From Verrucomicrobiota bacterium (lineage in GTDB: Bacteria > Verrucomicrobiota > Verrucomicrobiia > Limisphaerales > AAA164-E04): a stretch of DNA of 64,000 bases. Below are positions 30,337 through 41,658 of the stretch, piece by piece. The stretch is taken from assembly GCA_047947115.1 (NCBI GenBank), contig CP170459.1, forward strand, positions 3,968,001 through 4,032,000, written 5' to 3'. Position 1 is the first letter of the stretch; each line of letters starts with the position of its first letter. A program made the position numbers and the translations under genes. The notes under the pieces are model-generated. The model saw nothing but the letters and a program-made list of their open reading frames with translations, had not been told where the DNA came from and did no database searches.

Positions 30337-31335
30337 ATGAACGCACATAAGGGACATCAGACATCCAGTTCAGATAGCTCCGAGATTATCACAGTCATTC
30401 CTGTATACAATGGAGAAAACTACTTGCAGGCCACTCTGGAGTCCATTGCGCGACAGACGAGACGGCCGGACCGACTTTTGATCATCGACGATGGATCAAC
30501 GGATGGAACAGAGGATCTGGTGCGCGCCTTTAAGGACATCCCATGCGAATGGCATCCCAACCCGCAGAATCTGGGATTATTTCCGAATCTGAACAAAGCA
30601 CTCGAGAAGGCAAATGAAGCTGAGTTTTTTCATCTGTTGCTGGCGGATGATTTGGTCGTGCCTGAATTCATTGAGACTTCCTGTCAGGCTCTTAAGGATG
30701 CCTCTCCCCTTTCATTTTCCTGGTCGGATATTCAATGGATAGATGCCGAAGGCAGGCATGCCAAAGGAACAGTCGTTGATTCAGGACGACCAGGTGCGCC
30801 ATTCAGTCAGCGAACATTTTTGACACAGGAGTCGGAGCTGCAGACGGTCAGTGTGGGATCGGTGATGATTCGAACCGGACGGCAACCCTTGCCGTGCCGT
30901 TTCCGAACCGATCTGCCTCAGGTGGCTGATTGTGTGTTCTATGGTGAGTTGGCCAGTCATGCGAAAAGTTTAATTCACATTCCCCGCCCCTTGTGTCACA
31001 TCCGCACTCATGCGACCAACATGACCAGCAAGAACATTCAAAACCTCAAAGCTTGGGTGACGGATGAATGGATTGCCATGCAGGAAACCGCTCGGCGGAT
31101 TCAGGAAGGAGCCCTTCAACGATGGTTGCGGCACCAAAAACTGAGATGTCTCTTTGCGGCCAGATCCAAAGTCAAGGAACAATGGATGGAACGGAATCAA
31201 CCCGAATACGCACAACAAATACGCAAAGCAACCCGCTCTGCCTTGCCTTTGCCACATTTTTTATTGGGTCGTATGTCTGTCGCTCTACGTGACATGATCA
31301 AAGGCCGCAACGTGGATGGACAAGGTCCGTCTTGA
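30337..31335 (+). CDS. Glycosyltransferase family 2
   Basis: VIPVYNGE.YL, IDDGSTDGT, N.GL..N.N, ADD. Confidence 0.9.
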   Translation: MNAHKGHQTSSSDSSEIITVIPVYNGENYLQATLESIARQTRRPDRLLIIDDGSTDGTEDLVRAFKDIPCEWHPNPQNLGLFPNLNKALEKANEAEFFHLLLADDLVVPEFIETSCQALKDASPLSFSWSDIQWIDAEGRHAKGTVVDSGRPGAPFSQRTFLTQESELQTVSVGSVMIRTGRQPLPCRFRTDLPQVADCVFYGELASHAKSLIHIPRPLCHIRTHATNMTSKNIQNLKAWVTDEWIAMQETARRIQEGALQRWLRHQKLRCLFAARSKVKEQWMERNQPEYAQQIRKATRSALPLPHFLLGRMSVALRDMIKGRNVDGQGPS

Positions 31336-31812
31336 TTCCACTTCAGACCTTGGTACGTCTCAAATAGATTTCACGCTGCCATGGAAACGCCGCAGTCGAT
31401 CGATTGCATCCGGCTTCCCGCGTTCCACGTTTTTGGTTTATGGAAGGTGTTAGGATGAAGTATGGGATCGGGGTGGCACCCGACCCTCCGACTTGATTCC
31501 ACTTCAGACCTTGGTACGTCTCAAATAGATTTCACGCTGCCATGGAAACGCCGCAGTCGATCGATTGCATCCGGCTTCCCGCGTTCCACGTTTTTGGTTT
31601 ATGGAAGGTGTTAGGATGAAGTATGGGATCGGGGTGGCACCCGACCCTTCGACTTGATCCCACTTCAGACCTTGGTGCGTCCCAAATAGATTTCAAGCTA
31701 CCTTGGAAACGCCGCAGTCATTCGATTGCACCGGGCTTCCCACGGTCCACGTTTTTTGTTTATGGAGGGTGTTAGGATGAAGTATGGGATCGGGGTGAAA
31801 CCCAACCCTCCG
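31331..31812 (+). repeat. Tandem array of three 161-bp units (family A)
   Basis: Units start at 31331, 31492 and 31653; units 1 and 2 differ at one position by my alignment, unit 3 is more diverged; each ends in a hairpin. Confidence 0.95.
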
Positions 31813-31816
31813 GTTA

Positions 31817-32260
31817 TCATCCTACCCGAAATGAGATGCGCTGGATCATATCCTTGCCGAAGCAATGCTGCAGTCTTTCCAGGATTTCTTCCCGTCGGTA
31901 TCTGACTATTTCGCTCAGCCACGTGCTGTGGTCCACATTCACGAAGAGTGTCCCCTTGCGGATGCCGACGGGTTGGGCGTGTGCGGTCAGTGTGGGATCG
32001 ATGAGGTGGTTCCAGGCTTTCAGGATTTGTGATTCAGAAGTTCGGTCTTCAATACGCAGAGTCTGCAACGCCTTATTTACCAGATCCGAAGCCTGGTCTG
32101 GACGAAAAGCCATCAACTTTTCCTGATCTTCCGTATCAGCGCGATTCCATTGACGGAGAGCCTGCTGCCTGGCCAGTTCCTCCTTTGTCTTTTTGGAATC
32201 TTTGTAGCCTTGCCGAAAGCGTTTCTTGTTTTCCGCATTCGATGGTTGTTTGTCGTCCAT
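31817..32260 (-). CDS. dciA: DUF721 / DciA-family replicative helicase loader
   Basis: I..AW..L......HA.P.....G.L.V.V..S.W..E pattern. Confidence 0.8.
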   Translation of the reverse strand: MDDKQPSNAENKKRFRQGYKDSKKTKEELARQQALRQWNRADTEDQEKLMAFRPDQASDLVNKALQTLRIEDRTSESQILKAWNHLIDPTLTAHAQPVGIRKGTLFVNVDHSTWLSEIVRYRREEILERLQHCFGKDMIQRISFRVG

Positions 32261-32321
32261 TTTTCTGCATCATACCGCCCAGGAGGTCCCTCAAGCGAGC
32301 ATGTATTGACAATCTTCTCCT

Positions 32322-33350
32322 ATGACAGATTGGATTCAACACACCCACAAACTATGGCAATGGGAGAGTCAGCTGATTCTTTGGCTGCAGTCCCAGCCGC
32401 CCCTATTTGTCGAAAGCATGCGATGGGTAAGTGAGTTGGGGCATCCCCCGGCCATGCTGACATTGATTCTCATTACTCATTGGGGATGGAAGGATGAAGC
32501 TGGTATTCAGCTGGCGAAGTTTTTGACGCTGTGCGGATTAATTATGTGCTTGATGAAGGATTTCATCCTGGCGCCAAGACCCTTTTGGATACATCCCGAT
32601 GTGCAGGCCCTCGGGAGTGCAGGTGGTTATGGGATGCCATCAGGACATGCCATGATGGCCTGTGTCTGGCTCATTGTCCTGCTTCATACACATCATGCCG
32701 GAATAAAAATCTGGTCCATCGCAGTCATCCTCTCGACAGGACTGTCGCGTGTGACACTTGGGGTCCATAGTCCACTTCAAGTATTGGCAGGTTGGGCGAT
32801 TGGTTGCTTCATATTGACATGGATCCGGATGAATACCTCAAGACCCGGTGCCGAAAAATCCCATAAATCTGCGGAATTGATGCGAGAAATGGTGGTTTTG
32901 ACCTTGTTGGGCGGTATGACTTGGTTTGTTTATCAGCGTTTGATTGATTGGACCGTTCCGGAACCATGGCTGCGGATGGCTGCGGAGAAAACCGATGGAA
33001 CCGGGTCCATCCCGATCCCCAAGCCCAAAAGCGCCATTTACTACCTCTCCATGTCCATGGGACTTGCGATTTGGCATTGGGTGCGGATGGCATGTTGCGA
33101 TCAAACAACCATGGGAGGCACGATGAGACAGCGTATTGCGAGAGTTGTCACCGGGCTCATTCTCGGGGCAGGAACATATTACGTTTACAAAAAATCAAAT
33201 ATCAGCACCGAAGCCACCCCTCTGGTCTTGTATGCGGCGGGCGCGGCTGTAAGTTTCGTTTCCAGTTTCCTCTTGGCTCTTGGATTCCCCATATTGTTTC
33301 AAAGCATGGGTTGGACGTCGCAAGCCTCACACAGTGAACGGTCCTGTTGA
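32322..33350 (+). CDS. PAP2-family membrane phosphatase
   Basis: K......RP, PSGH, SRV.LGVH. Confidence 0.88.
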   Translation: MTDWIQHTHKLWQWESQLILWLQSQPPLFVESMRWVSELGHPPAMLTLILITHWGWKDEAGIQLAKFLTLCGLIMCLMKDFILAPRPFWIHPDVQALGSAGGYGMPSGHAMMACVWLIVLLHTHHAGIKIWSIAVILSTGLSRVTLGVHSPLQVLAGWAIGCFILTWIRMNTSRPGAEKSHKSAELMREMVVLTLLGGMTWFVYQRLIDWTVPEPWLRMAAEKTDGTGSIPIPKPKSAIYYLSMSMGLAIWHWVRMACCDQTTMGGTMRQRIARVVTGLILGAGTYYVYKKSNISTEATPLVLYAAGAAVSFVSSFLLALGFPILFQSMGWTSQASHSERSC

Positions 33351-33396
33351 TTTTCTACTTGTCGAATGGCCCCCGTCCAACGTGTAATAGGCATCG

Positions 33397-34191
33397 ATGA
33401 ATGAGAACCCCTTACAGACTCGCCCACCCCATCCAGTCAGGCAAATCGCGGCCTTCACTCTGATTGAGCTGTTGGTTGTCATTGCCATCATAGCCATTCT
33501 GGCGGGCATGCTCCTGCCTGCGCTTTCCAAGGCCAAGGAAGCAGCACGCAGCACCGTCTGCAAGAGTAATATGCGACAAATTACCCTGGGGATGCTTCTT
33601 TATGTGGATGATAACGATGATTACCTTCCCTGGTCCGGCAGCGTGGATCGCAACGAACCTCCGGACTGGGTTTTTGGCGGGCAGAACGACACCTATCCCG
33701 ACACCCCATCCCAATGGAAAAACAGAGGGTTCGGTTTCCATGCAGAATCGGGGTCCGTTTTTACGTACGTGACCGGGCAGGCACGGCTACCCTACTCGGA
33801 ACAACACACCAACGTGTATGATGTCTATCGCTGTCCGAGCACCAAAGCTCATGGCAAGGCGCTGAGGGTGAATTTCAGTATGAATTCAAAAATCGACCGC
33901 AATGAAAACCTGTTTGGGCGTCAGAACACTGGACCGAGAGGTGTCAAAGCCAGCGTGGTTCCCAGGCCGACAGAGAAGTTGTTGCTGCTCAATGAGGACC
34001 CGGCAACCATGAGAAACGCCAGTTTCACCCCCGGCGGCACTGCTGCCAGCGGAAACTTCGTGACGCACAATGGCAAAATCAATGTTGGTTTCATGGATGG
34101 CCACATCGAAGGTTGGAAAAACGACAAGGTTCATGAAGCTCAGCGAGGACGTGGGGAACGCATCTATTTCGATCCCTACTGGCAAGAGTGA
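33397..34191 (+). CDS. Prepilin-type N-terminal cleavage/methylation protein with H-X9-DG domain
   Basis: [37 protein letters not shown]. Confidence 0.9.
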   Translation: MNENPLQTRPPHPVRQIAAFTLIELLVVIAIIAILAGMLLPALSKAKEAARSTVCKSNMRQITLGMLLYVDDNDDYLPWSGSVDRNEPPDWVFGGQNDTYPDTPSQWKNRGFGFHAESGSVFTYVTGQARLPYSEQHTNVYDVYRCPSTKAHGKALRVNFSMNSKIDRNENLFGRQNTGPRGVKASVVPRPTEKLLLLNEDPATMRNASFTPGGTAASGNFVTHNGKINVGFMDGHIEGWKNDKVHEAQRGRGERIYFDPYWQE

Positions 34192-34393
34192 TTCGCCAGT
34201 CTGAACAACAGTGAAGAGACCAGATTGAACCATTTTTTGCAACGCAGCCCTGATCTCGTCGGAAAATCTGTGGCAGATGCATCAAAAGCACGTCAGCCGG
34301 GTTGCATTTAGCTTAAAGAAATTTTACCCTACTTCCCATCAGTTTGATCCGTTTATCAAAAAACAGTATCAGGAAACCATCTGATTAAGAACC

Positions 34394-35188
34394 ATGATTG
34401 GAGTCACAAGTCATCTGGACATGAGGGGGCGCCAAAGCGTCCTCGTTTTTCGTTTGTCGCTGCTGGCGTCTTGCATGTGTTTGTTGGCGTCCTGGATGGT
34501 CCGGGCTGACCAGAATCAATTCGACAATGCCAACAAGCTTTTCGAACAGGGACAATACGAACAATCCATCGAACAATATCAGGCCCTTCTTGACGCAGGC
34601 ACCCAAACCGCTGCCGTGCATTTCAATTTGGGCAACGCCTGGTTTCGTCAGGGTAATATCGGGCAGTCGGTGTATCATTACCTCATGGCACAGTCACTGG
34701 ACCCGCTGGATCCCGACATCAGCGCCAATCTCCGATTTGCACGGGACTCTGCCGGGTTGCCTTCAGGAGGTATTGTATCCCCTCTTTATCAATGGATTCG
34801 AAAAATTCCGCTCAATGCCTGGGCCGCTTTGACTCTGGCTCCATTGTGGATCTTCTGCCTGTTCAAAACCGTAGGATTTTATCGAGCCAGCCTCGCAGAT
34901 AAAACAGAATTAATCAGATCCGTTGCAGGTTGGCTGACTGTACCTGGAATGATCCTTCTTGGACTGATTGGCTGGATGGTTCAAAGCCACCACCCGGGTG
35001 TCATTGTTCAAGACAAGGCCGAACTGCATGCCAGTCCATTCAGCGATTCGAAAGTGCTCGTTGAGATGAAAGCGGGTGAAGAAGTGATGCTGATGGCAGT
35101 CAAGAATCAGTGGCAACAGATCAAAAATTCCAATGGTGACTTGGGGTGGTTGGAATCATCAAAACTTAAGTCCATCCCCATTCAATAA
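34394..35188 (+). CDS. TPR plus SH3b protein (BatE-like)
   Basis: AN..F..G.Y, FNLGNA, P.D.DI..NL, two TM segments, W..I.....GW. Confidence 0.75.
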   Translation: MIGVTSHLDMRGRQSVLVFRLSLLASCMCLLASWMVRADQNQFDNANKLFEQGQYEQSIEQYQALLDAGTQTAAVHFNLGNAWFRQGNIGQSVYHYLMAQSLDPLDPDISANLRFARDSAGLPSGGIVSPLYQWIRKIPLNAWAALTLAPLWIFCLFKTVGFYRASLADKTELIRSVAGWLTVPGMILLGLIGWMVQSHHPGVIVQDKAELHASPFSDSKVLVEMKAGEEVMLMAVKNQWQQIKNSNGDLGWLESSKLKSIPIQ

Positions 35189-35206
35189 GCTTTTCGCCCC
35201 CCCATC

Positions 35207-36247
35207 ATGGCCTTTGCTGAATTGATTTCCCAGATTCCCACGCTCGATATTTTGAAGCGAAGCATCGAAAGAGGTCGGGTAGGTCATGCTTACCTGTTTA
35301 CCGGAGCGGATCGGACAGTGTTGGAAAGAGCCTCTCGCGCTTTCGCAAAAGTCATGAATTGCGAGGCAGCAGAAGCAAGAAACGGGGGGGAGTCTGCCAT
35401 CGTCGCCGAGTGTTGTGATCATTGCAGTTCCTGCGAACGCATTGAAGCCAATCACCATGGGGATGTACAGTGGATACGGCCTGAGTCAAAAATGCGCATC
35501 ATCACCATCCAGCAGATGCGGCAATTGATGGATACACTGCATTTAAAGCCCAATGATGCCCGTTACAAGGTCTGGACCATCGTAGACGCCGACCGCATGA
35601 ATCCGCAGTCGGCAAACGCTTTCCTCAAAACGCTGGAAGAACCTCCGGGCAATTCGTTGATGATCCTGCTCTCCACCCAGCCGGACCGGCTTCTGGACAC
35701 CATACGCAGCCGATGTTTGAGACTGAATTTCCCGGGCGAACAAACGGCGAGCCTTCGATCTGAGCACCAAGCCTGGCTGGAATCCTTAGCACAACAAGTG
35801 ACCGGCAAGGATTCGGGCATGCTTGATCGATACAAGGCACTGGACGTACTGATGGGGCAGTTGAGCGAGGCCAGATCCTCGATTGAAGACAGTTTAAGAG
35901 ATAGATTTTTATCAGATTTACCGGATGATGTGGACCCCAAAATGCTGGAGAAGCGGGATCTGGAATTGAAAGCCGCCGTGGAGGCGGAATATCGCCGAAA
36001 ACGTTCGGAACTCTTTACGGCGCTGGAATGGTGGTTGAGGGATGTGTGGATGTTGTCCATGCACGCGGACGCATCTTTTCTAACCTTTCCGGATCTCCAT
36101 GCCAGGAGCGCCGAATTAGCCTCACGCGTTGCAACCAAGCCTTTGCTTGAAAACATCCGCCTCCTGGAAAAACTGCAGCGCGCACTGCACACCAATGTGC
36201 AGGAATCTCTGGCCTTGGAAGTGCACCTGCTGAAACTGAATCTTTGA
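35207..36247 (+). CDS. holB: DNA polymerase III subunit delta'
   Basis: HAYLF.G, C..C.SC Zn site, H.D, ANAFLKTLEEPP, TIRSRC. Confidence 0.9.
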   Translation: MAFAELISQIPTLDILKRSIERGRVGHAYLFTGADRTVLERASRAFAKVMNCEAAEARNGGESAIVAECCDHCSSCERIEANHHGDVQWIRPESKMRIITIQQMRQLMDTLHLKPNDARYKVWTIVDADRMNPQSANAFLKTLEEPPGNSLMILLSTQPDRLLDTIRSRCLRLNFPGEQTASLRSEHQAWLESLAQQVTGKDSGMLDRYKALDVLMGQLSEARSSIEDSLRDRFLSDLPDDVDPKMLEKRDLELKAAVEAEYRRKRSELFTALEWWLRDVWMLSMHADASFLTFPDLHARSAELASRVATKPLLENIRLLEKLQRALHTNVQESLALEVHLLKLNL

Positions 36248-36263
36248 AATTTTTTGATCCCTC

Positions 36264-37865
36264 ATGGCCAACGGCAAATCCGTCAATGGTAAAAAAACAT
36301 CTTCGAGCCCCGATTCCTTTAACCAGAAGGAATCAAGCTTGAGGTCATCTGCGTCCCTGACTGTGGCGGACGTTCGGCTCAGGTTGCTTGCGTGGTGTTC
36401 AGGGCTTCTCCTGATGTTCGGGTTGCTCAAGTTCGGCACCCCCGTCATCCTGCAGGATCAAATCGAATCGCCTCAGGGTTTGATACAATGGCTCTTCTTC
36501 CCTTGGCCAATCCAGACTGCTTACATGATGTTTGCCGTTCTGGGCATGGCTGCGGTTCGCATGCTTCCTTTCAGAGTCAAAGCCATGCCCAAATGGTTGT
36601 GGCTGCCCCTGGCATGGTTGGCTTGGCAGTTCGCATCCGCCTTTTTCACCATCGATCAAAAGTTGACGCACATGGTGCTCGCACACTTCATGGTTCTGGT
36701 CGGATTGTTTTACATCGGTTTTTTCATGCTTTCCAAAAACACCCGCCTCAAAGGAGTTGCAGGACCGGCCACTTTCGGTTTAATCCTTGCGATGTGGACC
36801 GCCACCGAACAAAAGTTCGGCGGACTCGAAGCCACGAAACAAGCCATCCCTCAATCTCCCTATTTCGACACAGGGATGACATGGAACCAGGTGTATCCCC
36901 AAGCGTTTTTGGAGAAAACCATCGAAGATCAAGCGTGGCTCCAAAGCCTTCGTGCCGATGAAGACATGCTGCAGCAGACGGCACAATCTCTGGGGCTGGT
37001 GCCTCTTTTAAACCCCCAGGGAGCAAAAGAATCTCAATTGGAGCGAGATCTGGCTTTCCTTGAGAAAATCGGAAAAAACCGAGTCTTTGGCACCTTTGGT
37101 GGTTACCCCAATGCCCTGGCGGCTGCCATCTGGTTGTTGCTGCCTATGAGCTTGGTTTGCATCTGGCAGATGACGCATCGGCTTCAGAAACCTTCGCGAG
37201 CTCTGATCACCGGTCTGGTGGCTGTCTGGGCCGTGGCTTGTGTGGTCTGGTCAGGTTCCAAAGGGGGGTGGTTGATCGGGATGTTGTCGGTCGGCCTGTT
37301 GTTTTTACTCTCCAGAGTTTCCAGAAGAGTCAAAGCGGCGCTTGTGCTGTCTCTGGTCATTGGTGGCAGTTTCGCGTTTGCCTGGAAATATCAGGCCTAC
37401 TTTGAAAAAGGCGCCACCAGCGTGGGAGCTCGATTCGAATATTGGAAGGCCGGGTGGCACACCAGCTTCGAGCACCCCCTGCTTGGTTCCGGTCCCGGCA
37501 CCTTCATGAGGGCCTTTGCCAAGGTCAAGCCGGATGACGCAGAAATGACGCGACTCACTCACAACGATTACCTGCAACAAGCATCCGATGCGGGGTGGCC
37601 TTCCGCGATCATGTATCTGTTATGGATTGGGGGATCTCTCTGGATCATGCGACCAAAATCGCTCGCCAATAATCTCGTTTACGAAATGGTTTGGATCGGT
37701 CTTGTTGCATTGGCATTCCAGAACACCATCGAATTTGGACTATACATCCCCGCCTTGTCATGGCCATTTTTCCTATTGTTAGGTTGGTTATGGGGGCAAC
37801 GCTTACCGCAGCCAGGGCCAAAACCTGCTTTCGACCAGGCTTCATCCGACCTTGCCTCTTCCTGA
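36264..37865 (+). CDS. O-antigen ligase / Wzy_C-family membrane protein
   Basis: R.FGTF.YPN.LA, S.SKGG, R..YW......HPLLG.G.G.F, HNDYLQ. Confidence 0.82.
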   Translation: MANGKSVNGKKTSSSPDSFNQKESSLRSSASLTVADVRLRLLAWCSGLLLMFGLLKFGTPVILQDQIESPQGLIQWLFFPWPIQTAYMMFAVLGMAAVRMLPFRVKAMPKWLWLPLAWLAWQFASAFFTIDQKLTHMVLAHFMVLVGLFYIGFFMLSKNTRLKGVAGPATFGLILAMWTATEQKFGGLEATKQAIPQSPYFDTGMTWNQVYPQAFLEKTIEDQAWLQSLRADEDMLQQTAQSLGLVPLLNPQGAKESQLERDLAFLEKIGKNRVFGTFGGYPNALAAAIWLLLPMSLVCIWQMTHRLQKPSRALITGLVAVWAVACVVWSGSKGGWLIGMLSVGLLFLLSRVSRRVKAALVLSLVIGGSFAFAWKYQAYFEKGATSVGARFEYWKAGWHTSFEHPLLGSGPGTFMRAFAKVKPDDAEMTRLTHNDYLQQASDAGWPSAIMYLLWIGGSLWIMRPKSLANNLVYEMVWIGLVALAFQNTIEFGLYIPALSWPFFLLLGWLWGQRLPQPGPKPAFDQASSDLASS

Positions 37866-38107
37866 TTTCAAAGTCCCCTGACAGACCGTCATGCCTTAAC
37901 GGACTTCAAGCATCCGGGGAGTGTTTGAAGACCATTAATTCCTCACGTTTCCAAGGAAATTTTGGAATTCCCTTTACATCTGAATCTGAGCTTGCAGCCT
38001 AGGAGAGCACAGTTACTCAGGCGGGAGCCGTCCTTTATCGTTAAAAATTTCCATCCAACAAATGACAACATCAAATCATCAGTAAAGAAAAGAAGCAGAT
38101 CATATAC

Positions 38108-38908
38108 ATGCAACCAACTTCCAAACAACGTTACCGCGTCCAATTTCCACCTAAGGACGCACACAATCTGGATCAGGACGAAGTCGTGTTCCACATTATT
38201 GAATCCGGCAATCAAAAAGTGCCGATTCGGTTCCATGACTACGATCAAATCTACCTTCGTCCGGGACTCTACGAGCAGCTTTTTTATGATCGCCTCAAGT
38301 GCACCTCTCCGACAACCGTGGCTCAACTGTTGGAAAGCGCCCTACAAACAGTGAGGGAGCCTATTACAGAACTGCGCGTGCTGGATCTGGGGGCGGGAAA
38401 CGGAATGATGGGTGAGGTGCTGAAAAAGCGTCACGGTGTGGCTCGCCTGGTGGGAGCTGACATCATTCCGGAAGCTCGCGATGCCGCTTATCGGGATCGC
38501 CCGTATGTTTATGACGAGTATTACGTCTCTGATTTTTGTAATCTTGACAAGGATGACAAGCAACAGTTGGAGGAATGGACGTTCAATTGCCTGACTTCGT
38601 TGGCAGCACTGGGATTTGGAGATATTCCGCCAAAAGCCTTTTTTCAGGCCTTACAACTTATTTCCAACAAAGGCTGGGTGGCTTTCAATATCAAGGAAAC
38701 GTTCCTGGATCACACAGACCAAACCGGGTTTTCCAAGTTTATCCGTGAATTGATCTTTTCCAAGTTTCTTGATGTTTATCATATCGAACGATACCGCCAC
38801 CGCTTGTCCATGGAGGGAACCCCATTGTATTATTTCGCTTTGGTGGGGCAGAAAGCGGCTCAGATTCCCGAGGACTTCCTGGAATCCATCGGTGTGTTGG
38901 ACGGGTAA
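38108..38908 (+). CDS. Class I SAM-dependent methyltransferase
   Basis: RVLDLGAGNG motif I, LVGADI. Confidence 0.82.
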   Translation: MQPTSKQRYRVQFPPKDAHNLDQDEVVFHIIESGNQKVPIRFHDYDQIYLRPGLYEQLFYDRLKCTSPTTVAQLLESALQTVREPITELRVLDLGAGNGMMGEVLKKRHGVARLVGADIIPEARDAAYRDRPYVYDEYYVSDFCNLDKDDKQQLEEWTFNCLTSLAALGFGDIPPKAFFQALQLISNKGWVAFNIKETFLDHTDQTGFSKFIRELIFSKFLDVYHIERYRHRLSMEGTPLYYFALVGQKAAQIPEDFLESIGVLDG

Positions 38909-39085
38909 CTTGGCTCGATCAAACGCTTTGAGTGCGCTTGTTGAATAGAAAAACAGGCTCTCCTAAAACGCGGATCAGACTGATCTGACAGTTCAGTCTG
39001 ATCCTGCCGATCAAAAACCTCCCCGCTTTCCCCGCTTGCACTGGCCGCATTCTTTTTTTAGCCTGTGTGCGTACCATTATTTGCC

Positions 39086-41647
39086 ATGAAACAGGGTTTT
39101 TTCTCAATGTTGCTGAATGTGGGCATCCGCCTGAACGTTGTCTTGCTGATAGGGGCTCCCCTGCTCTTGGCTGATCCATCTTCTTCGTCAAACATCGACT
39201 TCTCCCGCGAAATCCTTCCCATATTGTCCGACGCCTGTTTCCAATGTCACGGACCCGATTCCAAATCACGCAAAGCGGATCTAAGGCTCGATGTCGAGGA
39301 AAGCACCAAACGCCTATCCGACGCAGGAATACCGATCATCGATCCAGGTAGTGCGGACCACAGTGATCTGATTCAGCGGCTGATCACCAAGGATCCGGAC
39401 GACTTGATGCCTCCCTCTGAGTTGGATCGACCACTCGACGAGGAAAAAATCGAAAAGATCAGGGACTGGATCAACCAGGGGGCTCCCTGGGGGAAACATT
39501 GGTCATTGAATCCCATTGAACGTCCAACGCCGCCTACATCTGGAATGCATCCAATCGATGCGTTTGTTGACCGGACTCTGGAAACCGAAGGATTGAAAGC
39601 CCAACCTGCGGCCGATCGTCGGACCTTGATTCGGCGTTTGGCTTTGGATTTGACCGGGCTTCCTCCCACTGAGCGGGAAGTTGAAGACATTTTGAATGAT
39701 GGCACGCCGTTCTGGTGGGAAAACGCCATCGATCGATACCTTGCATCTCCCGCATATGGAGAGCGAATGGCATGGAACTGGTTGGATGCGGCGCGTTATG
39801 CCGATTCAAATGGTTACCAGGGCGATCGTGAGCGTACCATGTGGCCATGGCGGGACTGGGTGGTTCAAGCGTTCAACAAAAACCTGCCCTGGGACGATTT
39901 TACGGTGTGGCAGTTGGCGGGCGACTTGTTACCGGATGCGACCCATGAACAACAACTGGCAACCGGTTTCTGTCGTAACCACATGATCAACGGTGAAGGT
40001 GGTCGTATTCCTGAGGAGAACAGGGTGGATTATGTCATGGACATGACTGAAACCATGGGAACCGTCTGGTTGGGAGCCACTCTCAGCTGTGCCCGATGCC
40101 ATGATCATAAATTCGATGCCTATACCCGAAAGGAGTATTACCAGTTCTTCGATTTCTTTAACCAGACCCCCGTCACTGGAGGTGGAGGCGATCCTCAAAC
40201 ACGCCCCGTGCTGGCTGTGCCCTCTGTGGCCCAAACGAAGGACATTGCGGAAGCCAAAAGTGATCTTCAGTTAAAATCAGATGATTTTGATGTCGTGATG
40301 AGGAAGTATGCTTCAGACCGAAGCACATGGGAATCGTCACGGTTACATGAACTTGAAACAGCATTGTCAAAGAACGACTCCACTCAGGAAGAAAAGCTCA
40401 AGGAGTTTTTGTTTTTGAAGGAAGCCTTGGGCAAATCTGAAGACGAACGCTCAGACGAACAAAAGAAACAGATCAAGGAGGACTGGATCGCAAGCATTCC
40501 CGAACTCTCACATGCTCGTCAACAAAGAGATCAAGCTGGAGATCGATTAAGCAAACTTGAATCCGCCGTCCCCAAAGTCATGATCATGGAGGACATGGAA
40601 AAACGACGTGTCACCCCCACGTTGGAGCGCGGTCTGTATAATGTCACAGGCGATCCGGTATCTGCAGCCGTTCCGGCCTCCCTGCCCTCATTGGATGTTC
40701 AGGGTGCCATTCCGAATCGCCTGGATCTTGCCAGGTGGTTGATTCGAAGGGATCACCCTTTGACAGCCCGCGTAACCGTCAACCGATTCTGGCAGCAGTT
40801 GTTCGGGATTGGACTGGTCAAGACCGCCGAAGATTTTGGAGTTCAAGGCGAATTTCCCCGCCATATCGAGTTACTGGACTGGTTGTCCGCCGAGTTCATT
40901 GAATCCGGATGGAATGTTAAACACCTGATGAAAACAATCCTGACCAGTGCAACCTATCAGCGCAGTTCCGTCACCACCCCCGAATTGAATGAAGCGGATC
41001 CGGACAACCGACTCTTCGCCCGTGCAGCGCGTTTTCGACTTCCATCCTGGATACTGAGGGATCAGGCACTGGCTGCAGCCGGTCTTCTGGACACGACCAT
41101 TGGAGGAGCGCCAGTGAACGGATATCAGCCGGACGGCGTCTGGGAAGATGCCACGTTTGGTAACAAGAAATACCGTCGGGATACCGGTCGAAGATTGTAT
41201 CGCCGCAGTCTCTACACCTTCTGGCGTCGCATTGTGGCCCCAACCCTGTTCTTTGACACCGCATCGCGCCAGACCTGCATGGTCAACGCCACACTGACGA
41301 ACAGCCCGTTGCATGCCCTGACCACCATGAATGACACTGGATTTGTCGAAGCCGCCCGTGGATTGGCGGTTCGGGCCATGACCAGTTCGGATGCCGGAGG
41401 GGACATGTTGGACCGCATCTACCGGTATCTGCTTCCACGCTCTCCTTCCGAAGAAGAACGCGGGATTTGGTCCAATAGTTTCAATCGCGCCCGACAGTTT
41501 TTTGAAGCAAATCCTGATGAAACCAAAGCTTGGCTGTCTCATGGTGAAAACAAAGTGCCATCCCATCTTGAGATATCGGACGTTGCAGCCTGGGCCACGG
41601 TCTGCCTTGGAATACTCAACCTGGATGAAACCCTGAACCGCGAATAA
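39086..41647 (+). CDS. Planctomycete cytochrome c / DUF1549 / DUF1553 protein
   Basis: CFQCH and CARCH heme motifs, LIRR..LDLTGLPPT, WLD.ARYADS.G, ARV.VNR.WQ..FG.G. Confidence 0.9.
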   Translation: MKQGFFSMLLNVGIRLNVVLLIGAPLLLADPSSSSNIDFSREILPILSDACFQCHGPDSKSRKADLRLDVEESTKRLSDAGIPIIDPGSADHSDLIQRLITKDPDDLMPPSELDRPLDEEKIEKIRDWINQGAPWGKHWSLNPIERPTPPTSGMHPIDAFVDRTLETEGLKAQPAADRRTLIRRLALDLTGLPPTEREVEDILNDGTPFWWENAIDRYLASPAYGERMAWNWLDAARYADSNGYQGDRERTMWPWRDWVVQAFNKNLPWDDFTVWQLAGDLLPDATHEQQLATGFCRNHMINGEGGRIPEENRVDYVMDMTETMGTVWLGATLSCARCHDHKFDAYTRKEYYQFFDFFNQTPVTGGGGDPQTRPVLAVPSVAQTKDIAEAKSDLQLKSDDFDVVMRKYASDRSTWESSRLHELETALSKNDSTQEEKLKEFLFLKEALGKSEDERSDEQKKQIKEDWIASIPELSHARQQRDQAGDRLSKLESAVPKVMIMEDMEKRRVTPTLERGLYNVTGDPVSAAVPASLPSLDVQGAIPNRLDLARWLIRRDHPLTARVTVNRFWQQLFGIGLVKTAEDFGVQGEFPRHIELLDWLSAEFIESGWNVKHLMKTILTSATYQRSSVTTPELNEADPDNRLFARAARFRLPSWILRDQALAAAGLLDTTIGGAPVNGYQPDGVWEDATFGNKKYRRDTGRRLYRRSLYTFWRRIVAPTLFFDTASRQTCMVNATLTNSPLHALTTMNDTGFVEAARGLAVRAMTSSDAGGDMLDRIYRYLLPRSPSEEERGIWSNSFNRARQFFEANPDETKAWLSHGENKVPSHLEISDVAAWATVCLGILNLDETLNRE

Positions 41648-41658
41648 GTTCAAACGAC

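Noticed and set aside
31331..31812. Possible CRISPR array
   Set aside because: The whole 161-bp unit repeats, there are no unique spacers, and no cas genes are in the window.
37990..38035. Riboswitch-like words (GGAGAG...CTCAGG, GTTAC...GGCGGGA) upstream of the methyltransferase
   Set aside because: Too short and lacking the stems of glycine, SAH, SAM or ykkC aptamers; an Rfam scan would settle it.
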